Assembly: GCA_965235115.1 (NCBI GenBank)
Contig: OZ249442.1
Location: 28,706,001-28,770,000 of the forward strand
Direction: 5' to 3'
Origin: Laetmonice hystrix
Lineage: Eukaryota
Length of the DNA: 64,000 nucleotides
The translations under genes and the position numbers were made by a program. Below the pieces are notes generated by a model. It did not search any database. It saw only the letters and a list, made by a program, of their open reading frames with translations, and had not been told where the DNA came from. Below, piece by piece: positions 50,123 through 62,121 of this stretch (position 1 is its first letter; every line of letters starts with the position of its first letter).

Positions 50123-51612
50123 TGGCCACAGCAGAGGGCCACAACCAAGTGTTGAAGTGGCAGTGTCTGTCATGTCGCTTGATCTATGGCCGACATCATC
50201 TATAGGCCTATCTACCTATTATTCTCAGGCATCTCTTAGTCCCAATGCATTATCGTGTCTAACGTTTATCGTACATCAGCAGGCTTATAAATCTATATAG
50301 CCTAGACACATTCTCATAGTACTACTTAGCATTATGATTAGGCCTAATTTACCTTTTTAAAGAGTAGCCACATCGCTAAAAAAATGTGTGTTTCAAGACA
50401 GTAGATACGTTTTATTATTGTTTCTAACATTCCTTCAGTGAAAGAGACACTTTTTGAAATAAAGAGAGTGGGAGAAAAGCGTCTGCTAGAAAAAGTAGAA
50501 TCTACATGCAGCGCCATCTCGTGTGTGTGACGTCATAACATGAATTTATTCTAGGCCACCAACGTCTTGTCCCATCAGAATAGGCTGAGTGATCGCATTG
50601 TTTTAAACATTTACGGATCTTTGACTTTAAATTGACAATGATCCGTTTTACTAGTTACCAGTACCTGACAACCTGACTAGCTTTAGACTAGAGCCAGGGG
50701 GCGAGTGGGTTGGGGGTGGGGTGACTGAGGCTTGTCCCGGGATTGTAACAAGTATACCGGGATATCGTACAAACTCATATCGTCCACATGGTATTATTTG
50801 AAGGATGACTCATCAACAAGATGGGAATTTCGCCGGCTCGACTAGTCTAGAGTTCACTACTAGTACTACAATAGGCCTACTAGGCAGTAGGCCTAAGGTA
50901 ACCTCCAACCGAAGACAGTTTAAGTTTAAGTTCTAAGTTATGTTACATCTTTAGTGCATGTAGACTTCTATAATCAGCAACGTCAACGAGCAAGACAATA
51001 GTAATCTAAAACCCCAGTCACACAAGAGGTACGACCAACTGCCGACTTCCGACAACCACGGCAAGTGGTTAGACTACGTCAAGAATATTGGGCCCATCCC
51101 AATATTCTTGACTACGCTGCTGAATCGAAAACTGGGATATATGCCTATATTATCATTGGCCAAGGCCCTATAGGCATAGATCTAATCCTAATTGTGACAA
51201 GGGGGGGGGGCAGACAGAAAGACATTTTCCGAATAATCCATGCATGTCCAGGTAAGAGGGCACAGGTCTGTGGTTTAGGGGATCATTTGAGATTTTGAGG
51301 GTCCCTCAAACATAGGCATGTCTTCGATATAGGATGCTTATAACCCCCATGGGCCTGTAGTTCTAACTGTCTCTCAACGATAGGCCTAAAATCTGGGTTC
51401 CTATCAAAAGGCCTCGATGTGAGAAAAATCCACGCGGGGGACGGGCATCATGCGGGGGGGGGGGGGGGGGGGCTATAGAATCCCTTTTCAGCGATAGGCA
51501 TACCAACGAGACTAGACAGACCTGGTCTGTCTAGTCTCGTTGGGCATACAGCCCACATGTTTTACTCTCTAGCTCCGATGTCATTTACTAAATTTCTCGT
51601 TGTATTATAGGT

Positions 51613-51812
51613 GATTATAGCCCCATATTTCAGATCCGGATGTTTAACGCAGGATAGATTGCCCCAGCCACGCTGCTGATTAGGCCCGAGAGACTGCGCC
51701 CCCCCCCCCCCACGACACCGGAAGTCAATGTGTACATGAACGTCGGCCCGGGATCCTAAAGTAAAACCAAGTCAGGAAACAACGCACCCTCCCTGACCCT
51801 TCCCGATAGCAC
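51613..51812 (-). repeat. ~200-bp repeat, left arm of an inverted pair with 55965-56164
   Basis: GATTATAGCCCC...CCCGATAGCAC is the near-exact reverse complement of 55965-56164. Confidence 0.9.
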
Positions 51813-52758
51813 TTGTCATTCAACTACTGATAAAAAGCCCGCGACTTTTAGAAAGTTTGATATACGGTCCTCGGCATGTTGAAGTATCTTCAAGGTACCG
51901 ATGTGTAACCATGCAGTGCCGATATGAGTGATTGGATGAGGATGTGTTGGTATCACTGACCAATCACTCGACAAGGTCATCATCCCCCGTGTGCATGCAG
52001 TTATTTAACTCGCAAAGCGTCATGTCGGCTCCCTGTTTAAGGTTCGTATTTACGCCTGCCGTGTGGAGGAAAACCTCACCCAATCTCCGATCTCGTCATG
52101 GCGCAGACTTCAAGCCCTAAAAGCGACACAGCGCAGAAACGACGGTGTCGGGACCTTCGTGGTCTGGGGGTGAGTTGTGCATATCATATATAGGCTAGCC
52201 ACCCTCCACCTTTGTGAATGAACAGGAACATTGGCAGTCTATAGTCCTGACAATTGCGAAAAATAGACTTTCTATGATTATAGGGGTGGGGGTGGGGGTG
52301 GGGGTGGGGAGCTATATGGTATCCGGACAATACACTAGGCCCTACGCCTGACCTAACCCTTTCTAAAATCGTGTACCCACCCTGAACTCCTCTCCAGAAA
52401 CTCACCCATGCAGGTGTAAATTTTTCAACTTGAAAAACATAAGGGGTAAATGGGAGTGGGAGGGGGAGGGGGTCTCAACCAGCCGCCCTATGTAGTTTTT
52501 GTCTTAGAGATACACTATAACTTACATAGGCCTATTTATTGATAGAATGTTTTCTGCTGCTATGTTGTGATAATATTACACAGTTAGACTGTGCACCCTA
52601 TGTATGTTTGAAGTATTTTTGTACAGAAAGTAATCAACTTCGGCAGATTTACCTATAGGAAGAAATACTAATTTGCAAAAGGTGAAATTGTATCCGGTAT
52701 ACCACATTTTGATGCAGTGACATCTTGTCAAGTGACATTTTTCTCGGTTCTGTGCCGG

Positions 52759-53279
52759 TGTCACATCGAAAACTGACCCCCGTGGTAAATTGACCCCCAG
52801 GTCACTTTTTCACAGTGGAAAAGTGACCCCCCCTGTGGTAATCTGACCATCACGGAAAAGTTAAGACATTTCTTGTTCTGTTTATTTTTTATATTTATGG
52901 AAAGGATACAAAAGGATGTTTTTGTTCACATGTCGTACTCAATTTGTCAAACTGCGCAATTTGCAAATAGTGTTAATTCAAATAGACCTAACCCTAAACT
53001 TACCTTAACCCTAACCGAGGGGCGTAAACTTGCGCAAGTCGCGAAAGTGAGTACTGCTGAACAGGTGTCAAAACTGTTGAAAAATACCAAGAAGCAGGAA
53101 AATGACGATAGATTCCAATGTAAAGACGTTATGCCTAATATCTATGTTATTCAACCTGGGTCATTTTTCCACAGGGGAGGTCACTTTTCCACTGTGGTAA
53201 AGTGACCCGGGGGTCGATTTACCACGTGGTAAATTGACCCCCGGGTCACTTTACCACGGGGTCACTTTACCACATCACA
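52759..53279. mobile_element. Non-autonomous TIR element, TGT...ACA termini with CCGG TSD (Ginger-like)
   Basis: CCGG|TGTCACATC...TGACCCCCGTGGTAAA ... TTTACCACGGGGTCA...CATCACA|CCGG; internal CCCTAA motifs. Confidence 0.55.
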
Positions 53280-53999
53280 CCGGGTTCACATGAGGGACAG
53301 GTGACTTGTGGATTTCTCTGTCAACCGGGTTCACATGAGGGACAGGTGACTTGTGGATTTCTCTGTCAACCGGGTTCACATGAGGGACAGGTGACTTGTG
53401 GATTTCTCTGTCAACCGGGTTTACACGAGGGACACGTGACTTGTTGATTTCTCTGTCCACCGGGTTCACATGAGGGCCAGGTGACTTGTGGATTTCTCCG
53501 TCCACCGGGTTTACATGAGGGACACGTGACTTGTGGATTTCTCCGTCCACCGGGTTTACATGAGGGACAGGTGACTTGTGGATTTCTCTGTCCACCGGGT
53601 TCACATGAGGGACAGGTGACTTGTGGATTTCTCTGTCAACCGGGTTTACATGAGGGACAGGTGACTTGTGGATTTATCTGTCAACCGGGTTCACATGAGG
53701 GACAGGTGACTTGTGGATTTCTCTGTCCACCGGGTTTACATGAGGGACAGGTGACTTGTGGATTTCTCTGTCAACCGGGTTTACATGAGGGACAGGTGAC
53801 TTGTGGATTTCTCTGTCAACCGGGTTCACATGAGGGACAGGTGACTTGTGGATTTCTCTGTCAACCGGGTTCACATGAGGGACAGGTGACTTGTGGATTT
53901 CTCTGTCAACCGGGTTCACATGAGGGACAGGTGACTTGTGGATTTCTCTGTCAACCGGGTTCACATGAGGGACAGGTGACTTGTGGATTCCTCTGTCAA
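53280..53999. repeat. Minisatellite, 45-bp unit x16
   Basis: CCGGGTTCACATGAGGGACAGGTGACTTGTGGATTTCTCTGTCAA; accounts for the ORFs between 53275 and 54077. Confidence 0.97.
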
Positions 54000-54722
54000 C
54001 CTACACGCTTGCTGTGGATTAAGGTAAATCCATCTGTTGTATGGGCCCGTGAAGGCAGGATTATGGAGCGGGTGTAGTCCTTCTGGGGCCTCTCGCATGA
54101 TAATCCTTGAGACAGACCAGATGGTCAAATAATGACATTCATTGTGTTGGGTTGTTTGAGACACTATGACTTACACCTAGCCTACATCGAAAAGAGACGT
54201 AATATTATGTCTTGCATGACTGTGGACGCCGACCGCTTTAACAGTTTCTTGCGCTGCCGGGGGACTTGTAGACGTGTCCTATAGGGGTCTTGCATTGCCT
54301 GGGGACTTGTAGATGTGTCCTATAGCGGCACATCCATACGTAGTGGTATAAACACGAGTGAACCCCCACTGCCTTGTGAACACTGATAAACAAGGAAAGC
54401 GAACTCTGCTTGTGAATGACAACATCAGCTTGATGTGCTAGTTGGTTATGTCCTGACATGTCAATTCATGTTAATGGAAGCTGCAGAGGATACCTGCATA
54501 CAGATGTTGAGTAATTAACGCTTTTAGTGTTTCGTTTTTGTATTAATTGAAAAGAAAAAAATATTGAATAAAACCACCCTGCACTTGTTGTTCAGCTGGC
54601 CTCCAAATGTTAAATGTTCTCCGGCAACCACCGGTGTATAGCAGGTTCGGTCTACCCCCTGTTCAGTATACCCCCGGTCATTTGAACCTAGGTTCAAAGT
54701 ATACCCCGGTATATTGTATTAA

Positions 54723-55689
54723 AGGTGCATATTAAGAGGAAACGTGAAAAATCAGTATTTCAAAGAGCTTTTGCTTTTTTCATAAAGAGATCCTTCATTA
54801 AAATTGCTTGGTAAACAAAGACGGGCTTATCAGTTCCATTTTATGTGAGAAATCGAAGTTTTTGGAGCCGCCTTGCTGGCCATCTGGAAAAACGGCTCCG
54901 CCCATCGTTTTCACGTGGCTTTTGTTGACACACGTGACACGCAGAACCCTCGCGCATGCTCAGACGGTTTGTTTTGAAGCATGGCTGACGAAGTTACGAG
55001 CCGGACATGTAGATGGCGAGTATAAACGCCGAATTTCGCGTGTACGGGTAGTCAGTCAGGAGATTGTCTGACACTCGATCGTGGTGGAAGGAGTCGGAAA
55101 ACAGTAGCGGCTCGGGAACGAATCGAGCGTCCCGTGTCCCGTGTGTCGCCCCCCCCCCCCACACACACACACAGCCTTGAGCACAGGCCGGCACAGCAGG
55201 CATGCAGGCGAAGCGCGCCATGCTGGCTCGACCCTCGAGGTGCCGCTCCAGACACCTCGCCAACGACCCCCTTCTCGGCCCTTGCCTTGGTTTCCGAGAT
55301 TGACTTGCTGTCTTTTCCAGCTTCTGTATCTTTCTTTCCTTGCCCGCTTCACTGCTGATTCCGTAAAATATTTTTTGGGTGGCATTCTGATGCCAAACGA
55401 TAGAGTGCAACTGCTGAATTGTTTACAACTAAGCGAAGCACGTGACTAAGCACATGCAGAGAGTGCACACGCAGGATGTGACGCAGTACGCGATTACACG
55501 GGTTGATGGGAGGTTGTCTATACCAAATTATGGCGGGAGATGTGCTATCGGGAGAAATATTAGTTTAGTCGTATGGCACCTATACGTCGGAGGACAAAAT
55601 GCTGTGGTAGGATTATTTACTTAGATAGTACACGGTCATGTTGGATAATCGCCGGAAATCCTCCAAAACGTGTATTTTAGCATGGCCCT
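54723..55689. mobile_element. Non-autonomous TTAA element (Kolobok-like), 967 bp
   Basis: TTAA|AGGTGCATATTAAGAGGAAACG ... AGCATGGCCCT|TTAA; a shorter sibling lies at 17285-17582. Confidence 0.75.
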
Positions 55690-55964
55690 TTAATTGAAAA
55701 GAAGGTTCAAATTGTCCCCTTATCCAACCGAATTACATTTATATAGAGGTTATACAGATATACTTATGTTTTAGCAGCGCCTATCCGCAAATAAAATACA
55801 CCTTTCCACTATTTTGTACCCATCGACCGATGGCTTATGGACGGTCCTACCAGGGCAGCCAGTATTTTGTACCCATCGGCCGATGGCTTAGACCCATGGA
55901 TGGTTTTAGAAATTTCTCAGGGGAAACTCCGGGAATTTGATTTTCACAAAACGCTGGGAACCCT

Positions 55965-56164
55965 GTGCTATCGGGAAGGGTCAGGGAGGATGCGTTGTTT
56001 CCTGACTTGGTTTTACTTTAGGATCTCGGGCCGACGTTCATGTACACATTGACTTCCGGTGTCGGGGGGGGGGGGGCGCAGTCTCTCGGGCCTAATCAGC
56101 GTGGCTGGGGCAATCTATCCTGCGTTAAACATCCGGACTTTATCTGAAATATGGGGCTATAATC
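55965..56164 (+). repeat. ~200-bp repeat, right arm of an inverted pair with 51613-51812
   Basis: GTGCTATCGGGAAGGGTCAGGGAGG...GGGGCTATAATC. Confidence 0.9.
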
Positions 56165-56169
56165 GCCGG

Positions 56170-57126
56170 TATCCAGACATTTGGTCACAGGACATTTGGT
56201 CCCAGGACATTTTGGTCCCAGGACATTTGGACATTTGGTCACAGTATAAAATTGTCAGAGGATAAATCAAGAAAAATAGTACTTTTTTAACAATTTTAAA
56301 AAACGTTATTCAAGTGAACAGAAATTACTGGCACAAAGTCTTCAGTCTCTGCTGAAGCTCATGTCCGCTTAAAGGGAGTCGTAAAATTCATTTTTTCGAT
56401 TTATGGCAGTCTTAGAAACATATGATTCGCATACCTTGGACTCCCAGTAACATCATGTGAGACGGTTATGGCCCAGCGACCAGTATTTAGTAAGGAAAAT
56501 ATGCCAAATCTCTCGCAAATACGTAGCTCAGAATTAGCGAGCGGCCCACAGGATATTTGAGTTGGCCGCGGTCGGGCGATGATGACGCGTGATCACGTGA
56601 CTTCCGGGTGTGGAAGGGAATCTCCCTCTAGTCTAGCATTGACCTAAATACCGCATCTACACCCGAAAGTCACGTGATCACGCGTCATCATCGCCCGACC
56701 GCGGCCAACTCAAATATCCTGTGAGCCGCTCGCTAATTCTGGGCTACGTATTTGCGAGATATTTGGCATATTTTCCTTACTAAATACTGGTCGCTGGGCC
56801 ATAACCGTCTCACATGATGTTACTGGGAGTCCAAGGTATGCGAATCATATGTTTCTAAGACTGCCATAAATCGAAAAAATGAATTTTACGACTCCCTTTA
56901 ATTCATTTTGTCAGCGTCAACTGTTACTTTCAAATGGGCAAACACTCAATTTCTTCGACTGATCTTCTATTTTCCTGGTCAGTGTGGTTTACAGGTTTAC
57001 AAATTATGCTGTGACCAAATGTCGCACCCATCACTTTGTGACCAGATGTCTTGTGACCAGATGTCCTGTAATGTCCTGTGACCAAATATCTTGCAACCAA
57101 ATGTCCTGTGACCAAAGGTCTGGATC
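56170..57126. mobile_element. MITE with GGACATTTGGTC subterminal repeats, interrupted by a TTAA palindrome
   Basis: ATCCAGACATTTGGTCACAGG ... CCTGTGACCAAAGGTCTGGAT; flanks CCGG and CCGT. Confidence 0.6.
56373..56897. mobile_element. Near-perfect 525-bp palindromic MITE with TTAA TSD (Kolobok-like)
   Basis: TTAA|AGGGAGTCGTAAAATTC ... GAATTTTACGACTCCCT|TTAA; arms ~235 bp. Confidence 0.85.
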
Positions 57127-59083
57127 CCGTTTATAGGCCGAGTTGAACTATGGCTGATATATAGGACTACCTCACGCATGGCGGAAGAATCTCGACCATG
57201 TACTTGTCTCAATATGAAGAGCTACATCCTGCCCTTTTGCAGGACAAACTTTAAGCTAATATAAGGTTTATCAGATATAGATAGATACAGTGGATTCCGG
57301 ATGTAGGCATGCGACCTAAGCACCGACCATGACGCTGCCATAGCGGATGTTTGACCCTGACAGTCTCAAGTCAGACGTAATGGAGCACCCCCCCCCCCAT
57401 AGTTCAAAGGCTCCGGTTAAGTAGGGCCTAATGGTCTAAAGCAATGATGATTCTATAGCCCCCCTCCGTCGTGCACAATAGAATTCTGTATGAGAAAGGC
57501 GTGCGAGCGTATAATTAGAGGAGGTTACAAAAGGGGCAGGGAGGAACATGTAGGCAAAGTGTCAGATAACGCAATGTAGGCTTATAATTACCTGTCAAGT
57601 CCAAATACAAATTTCCTTTCAAGACGACGGCCGGGTAAATAGGCATAGATCTATAGCCTCGTTATTTGAGCTTCATAGATGAATATGATCAAAGCAGAAC
57701 TTAGATCTCCAAACTAATTTGACATTAGTATTAGGCCTAAAAATAAAGTACTAGTAGATCTATACCAGCGGGGCTCCAACTTCAAACTTGCCTATACAGC
57801 CACCCGATATAGGCCTATATATATACACCACTCGGAAATAAGGGCCCATGGCCTATAGGCCCTATTTACTATTATAGGCCTATAGATCTAGGCTTGTAGG
57901 CCACGGTTTTGCATCAATGCAAAATAATAATTTAATACACAACGTATTTGAAGTAGGCCTATTGTGTATTTAAAGCATTTTGTATTTTAAGCAGTGTTTT
58001 TTAACAGACGTATTGAATACACATGTGTATAATTTTCACTCAGGTTTAAGCAGTGTGTATATAGAATTGTGCATTTAGGCATACTATTCTTTGTGGTCTT
58101 CTTTTTCTGTCTTTGGCACCCCCCCCCCCCCGATATTAATGTTTTGAAGGGGGGGGGGTCTGAAATAACCTGTCTATAGATAGGCCTAGGCCTCCCTACT
58201 GTCCATTCTGACACCAATCAGCGGGATGTCTGGCAGGTTTACTCCTGAGTAATCCGCTCAAGTTGGTGCTGAGGTGTGAAACGACGGAATCGTCGTAAAC
58301 ATCTTCGAAATGAGAAGTTTCTTCACCGTCAACACCTCGACTTTTCCTCGAGTGTTGGCCCATAACTGGAAGATGGGGCTGACAGGTCTGTAGACATTTA
58401 ATTTGGCTACAGAAGCAGACGTTAGCGTGAATGCAACTCATGGACTATAGGCCCACTGACCGATCTGACATATACTATAAGGCCTACTGACGGCGGTCGT
58501 GGTCAAAGTTGTCTCCTGGTTTGAAGCCAATGTTTCTGAGAGGCCCTAGTATAGGAACACGCCATAGCCAGATTATAAACTCCCCCGCGGAGATTACACC
58601 CAAGCTCCGCCTAGACAGACTCGTACAGGTCGCCTATAGAACTGGGTCTTTCATTGAACGTTCAGCGCAGCAGCTGTGAGTGTCGGTTGGACAAGTACAG
58701 ACACGTTCGCCTGTATACTAAAACGAGCCGCCGACGGCCGGCCTACTATAGCCTGGCGTGGGACCCAGCACCAGTTCAGACTGTTGTAGTCGTTCACAAA
58801 GGACTGGGCGAATTTAGACGTGAGTAGGTTGGAGGGTAGGCACGATTGGTGCCATCAGAGAATGGATAGTTGGAGGACTTGTCCGCGTGCAATTTACGTA
58901 CAAGACACCTGGAATCGGGCCGCAGTTCATGCAGCCACAATGGTAAGGAGGAGTTTTGATTTTCATCTTGTTTGGTAACGTTTTGACGAAAACGGAACAA
59001 CATAGGCCTATAGGCTGCTGCTGCGCTGAGTTGTTGTCTCAGTGAAGGCACTCAGTTGGTTTCAGAGGTAGGCGTACAGTTAT

Positions 59084-62000
59084 AGGGGTATACATGGGTA
59101 AAATTCGACACGATCGACACGCCGACACGGCCGTAAAATGAAGGGCGACATTGCGACATCCTCTTCTTAACGTGCGACGGACACACCTCCCAAATGGCTG
59201 ATAAAATTCGACGTGAGACATCCAGAATTGCAATAAAAATAGACATGCGACACATTGATTTACTTAACAGGTGACACACGACATCGACAATTATTAAATT
59301 AGCGACGTGCGACGTAGGCCTACCGTAAAAGCGATCTATAGGTCAGTCTCTTGTGTTAACTAAAGCCACGTGTCACAGCATTTTGCCCCCTGCTGCTGCC
59401 CTCTACCGCTGCACCAGACCAAAACCAGACGCGGCGATAGACAAACTGCCACCAGAGGGCGCAGGTCTCCAGCATTAGTCAACCGCAGCGCCATCTCTCG
59501 TCAGAGTGGCCCCCTTTTCAACGTCACAGATGTAGGCCTAAATGACGACGGCAAGTACCTACGGCAAGAGGAAAGTCTTGCTCTTGGTAGGTCCAGGCCC
59601 GTAGGCTGGGGGCATGGCCGTATTTAGGGGGGGGGGGGGGGGGCTGAGGGGGCTGCAGCCCCCCCAACCAAAATCAAGTCAATTTTTTGTTCCTCTTCCG
59701 TATCAGTGAATGTTTGTATGACGAGGAGAATCCAAAATATACGCTGGTACATAACAGTCCAGCTTTAACCCAGCAGGTCTAACGTTAGGCCTAAAAGTGT
59801 AAGCTAATCATGGGAAGCACCATGGTCCATGCCTCTCTTGAAATGCCTAATAGGGGGGCCCGGGGGGGCCTAAACCCCGCTAGGTGAGTTCACCAGGCAT
59901 TGACAAATCAGTCATTTTCTGTCCCAGGTGCCGGGAAATCGCATCTCCGGGCTTCCTAATTTCAAAATTTTCTGGGGGAGTACCCCCTCCCCCCCTCCTT
60001 TTCGTTTACTCGCGCCTGCGGCGCTCGATGATGCGCGCCTACGGCGCTTGTCAGCCCCCCCTGAAACAATCCTGGCTACGGCCCTGGGGGGGGGGGGGGT
60101 TACTTGGGTTACTGGTAACCTACCCGCAGAGCCAGCCAAGGTCCGCCTAGTCAAGATAAAAAGGTCTGCCCAGGGGCGTGGGACCGATTTTTCATTTGGG
60201 GGAGGGGGCACAAATATGCCCTGCCAATTGAAAATACCCCAGATGTATGGTTGTTAGGGCTCCAATTTTTCATTTTTTTCTGGGGGAACATGTCCCGGAC
60301 CCCAGATGCAGACCCCCCTAGCACGCCCATATTCAACATCACCTGACCAGGGGCAGAACTGCACTGCCACTGGTATCTCAGAAGGGGCGGGTACCACCCG
60401 GGGGGGGGGGGGGTACTTCCCAATCTAAAAATCTAAAGAGATTCCTTGTAGGCCTATACTGTGCCTCAGTAATTGCTCTCAGATTTCTGAAACATGGCCA
60501 AAATGCCCCATTTCACTCCTAGTTTAAAAAAATTCCTGCCGGGGGGGAGCATGCCCCCGGACCACCCTACACACAGTTCGTGCCTACAGTGGCTTTGCTG
60601 CTGCATTTCACATTCTTAAACGTTGGAACCACTGGTATTGGAAACCAGTTTCAATATCAGTGCATGGTCAAGAAACAGCTCTGGATCCACCCCATGCAAA
60701 TTTATGGAACTCATTTCACTATAAGCAGTGCACCCCTTTTCTCTCCCCCTCAAGTGCCCTTTTTTATTTTTACGAAAGATATTTAAAATCTAAATGTCCA
60801 ATTGTCTAGGCCTATTATAGCCCTAAAGACTATATCGCGTATTTGGCACAGTAATTTATATTTTTTTCTGGGGGAGGGCCCCCAGCCCCCCTTCATGGCT
60901 TCGCGCCTTCGGCGCTCGCACCCATGGGGGGGCATCCCCTTTACCAAATTCCTGGATTCGCCCCTGACTGCCCCCACACTCTAACTACGGCCCTGTTGAT
61001 ATGTGCATAGGTCTATAGGCCTATGCCACTTTTATTTGACTGTTTAGGCTATACTCACTGGGGGGGGGGGGGAGGGGGAGAAAGTGCCCTTTTTCCATAG
61101 CACCCCCCCCCCCCCACGTATAAGTAGGGGGCCTAACCCACCCATTTTCAGACCAGCCTACGGGCCTGAGGTCTCTGCATTTATCTCGGCCTAATTTTAA
61201 ATTTATCTTTGATCACACCCTCCTGCAGACAAACTACGGCTCACTGTTTGCAGATAATTATGTAGGCCCTATGTACATGTTATTCACTCTTGTTCAACTT
61301 CAGGCTTAAAAGATCGACGGTGTGCTTCTTTTACGTTAAACGTTAGTCGAATCGCCATGAACGAAGATGGCTAGGCCAGCAGATGTCTCAAAGTCTGTCA
61401 AAGTCCGATAAGAATCAGGCGTGTTCTTTGATTAGATGTCAGTCGGAAAAATAGGATTTGAAACAAATTATGGCGACTGTACAGTTACTACTAGCCTACA
61501 GTACAGTCGCCATACTGCCATTATGATTTACTATTATAATTTAGATCTAGCCTAGGCCTACTGGCCAGTGGCAGTGTCGTTGCCGTGGGCGTTAGTGAGA
61601 GATAGTGGTCAGTGGCAACCTCTCTGTTACGTTCTAAACATGCCAATATCCATCTATCAGTGGCATAGGAATTAGGCTAAGGTATTTTCAGTTTGGAGGA
61701 CCATTCACGTCATGAACCCATTGACACAGATGAAGCTGAGCCTGTCCCACTACCTGCTCTGTCCACTACAAGAATGGGCCGAGTAGTCAAACTTCCGTCA
61801 CGTTTTAGAGACTAGGGGACATGAACTAATGGTACTAGGACCACATCTAGGACCACTCCTATGTAGGAGACTGCCAAACTATCTCCATATCTTGCGTAAT
61901 ACTGCTAATATTCTATTATTTTTATCTCTTTGTTTAAGTGTTATACGTAGCCGGTAGGCCTATAATTATGTTAAAACTTGACATTGGACATAAGAGCACT

Positions 62001-62121
62001 GCTTAAAAAGTGACACACGACACGGTTGAATCATTTTAAAAAGTGACATGCGACACGGAAAAATTTCTTATCATGTGACACTGGGACACAGGCATAAAAA
62101 ATAGGACCCATATATACCCCT
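59084..62121. mobile_element. ~3-kb non-autonomous TIR element with nested MITEs and a coding remnant
   Basis: TIR (T)AGGGGTATACATGGGT / ACCCATATATACCCCT(A); flanking direct repeat AGTTAT (6 bp) or GTTA (4 bp), depending on where the terminus is placed; CGACAC/GTGACAC subterminal repeats at both ends. Confidence 0.65.
61692..61815 (+). pseudogene. Terminal-exon-like remnant with an integrase/transposase-type C-terminal motif
   Basis: After TTTTCAG it reads LEDHSRHEPIDTDEAEPVPLPALSTTRMGRVVKLPSRFRD*, resembling the TRSGRxVKxPxRFxD tails of Gypsy-type integrases. Confidence 0.5.

Noticed and set aside
53275-54077. 96-198 aa repetitive ORFs (His/Cys-rich, superficially zinc-finger-like)
   Set aside because: 45-bp minisatellite translations; the spacing does not match C2H2 fingers.
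58196-59051. ORFs of 81 and 85 aa and a plus-strand donor near 58944
   Set aside because: No recognisable protein; could be a non-coding first exon of the BTB gene but cannot be supported from sequence alone.
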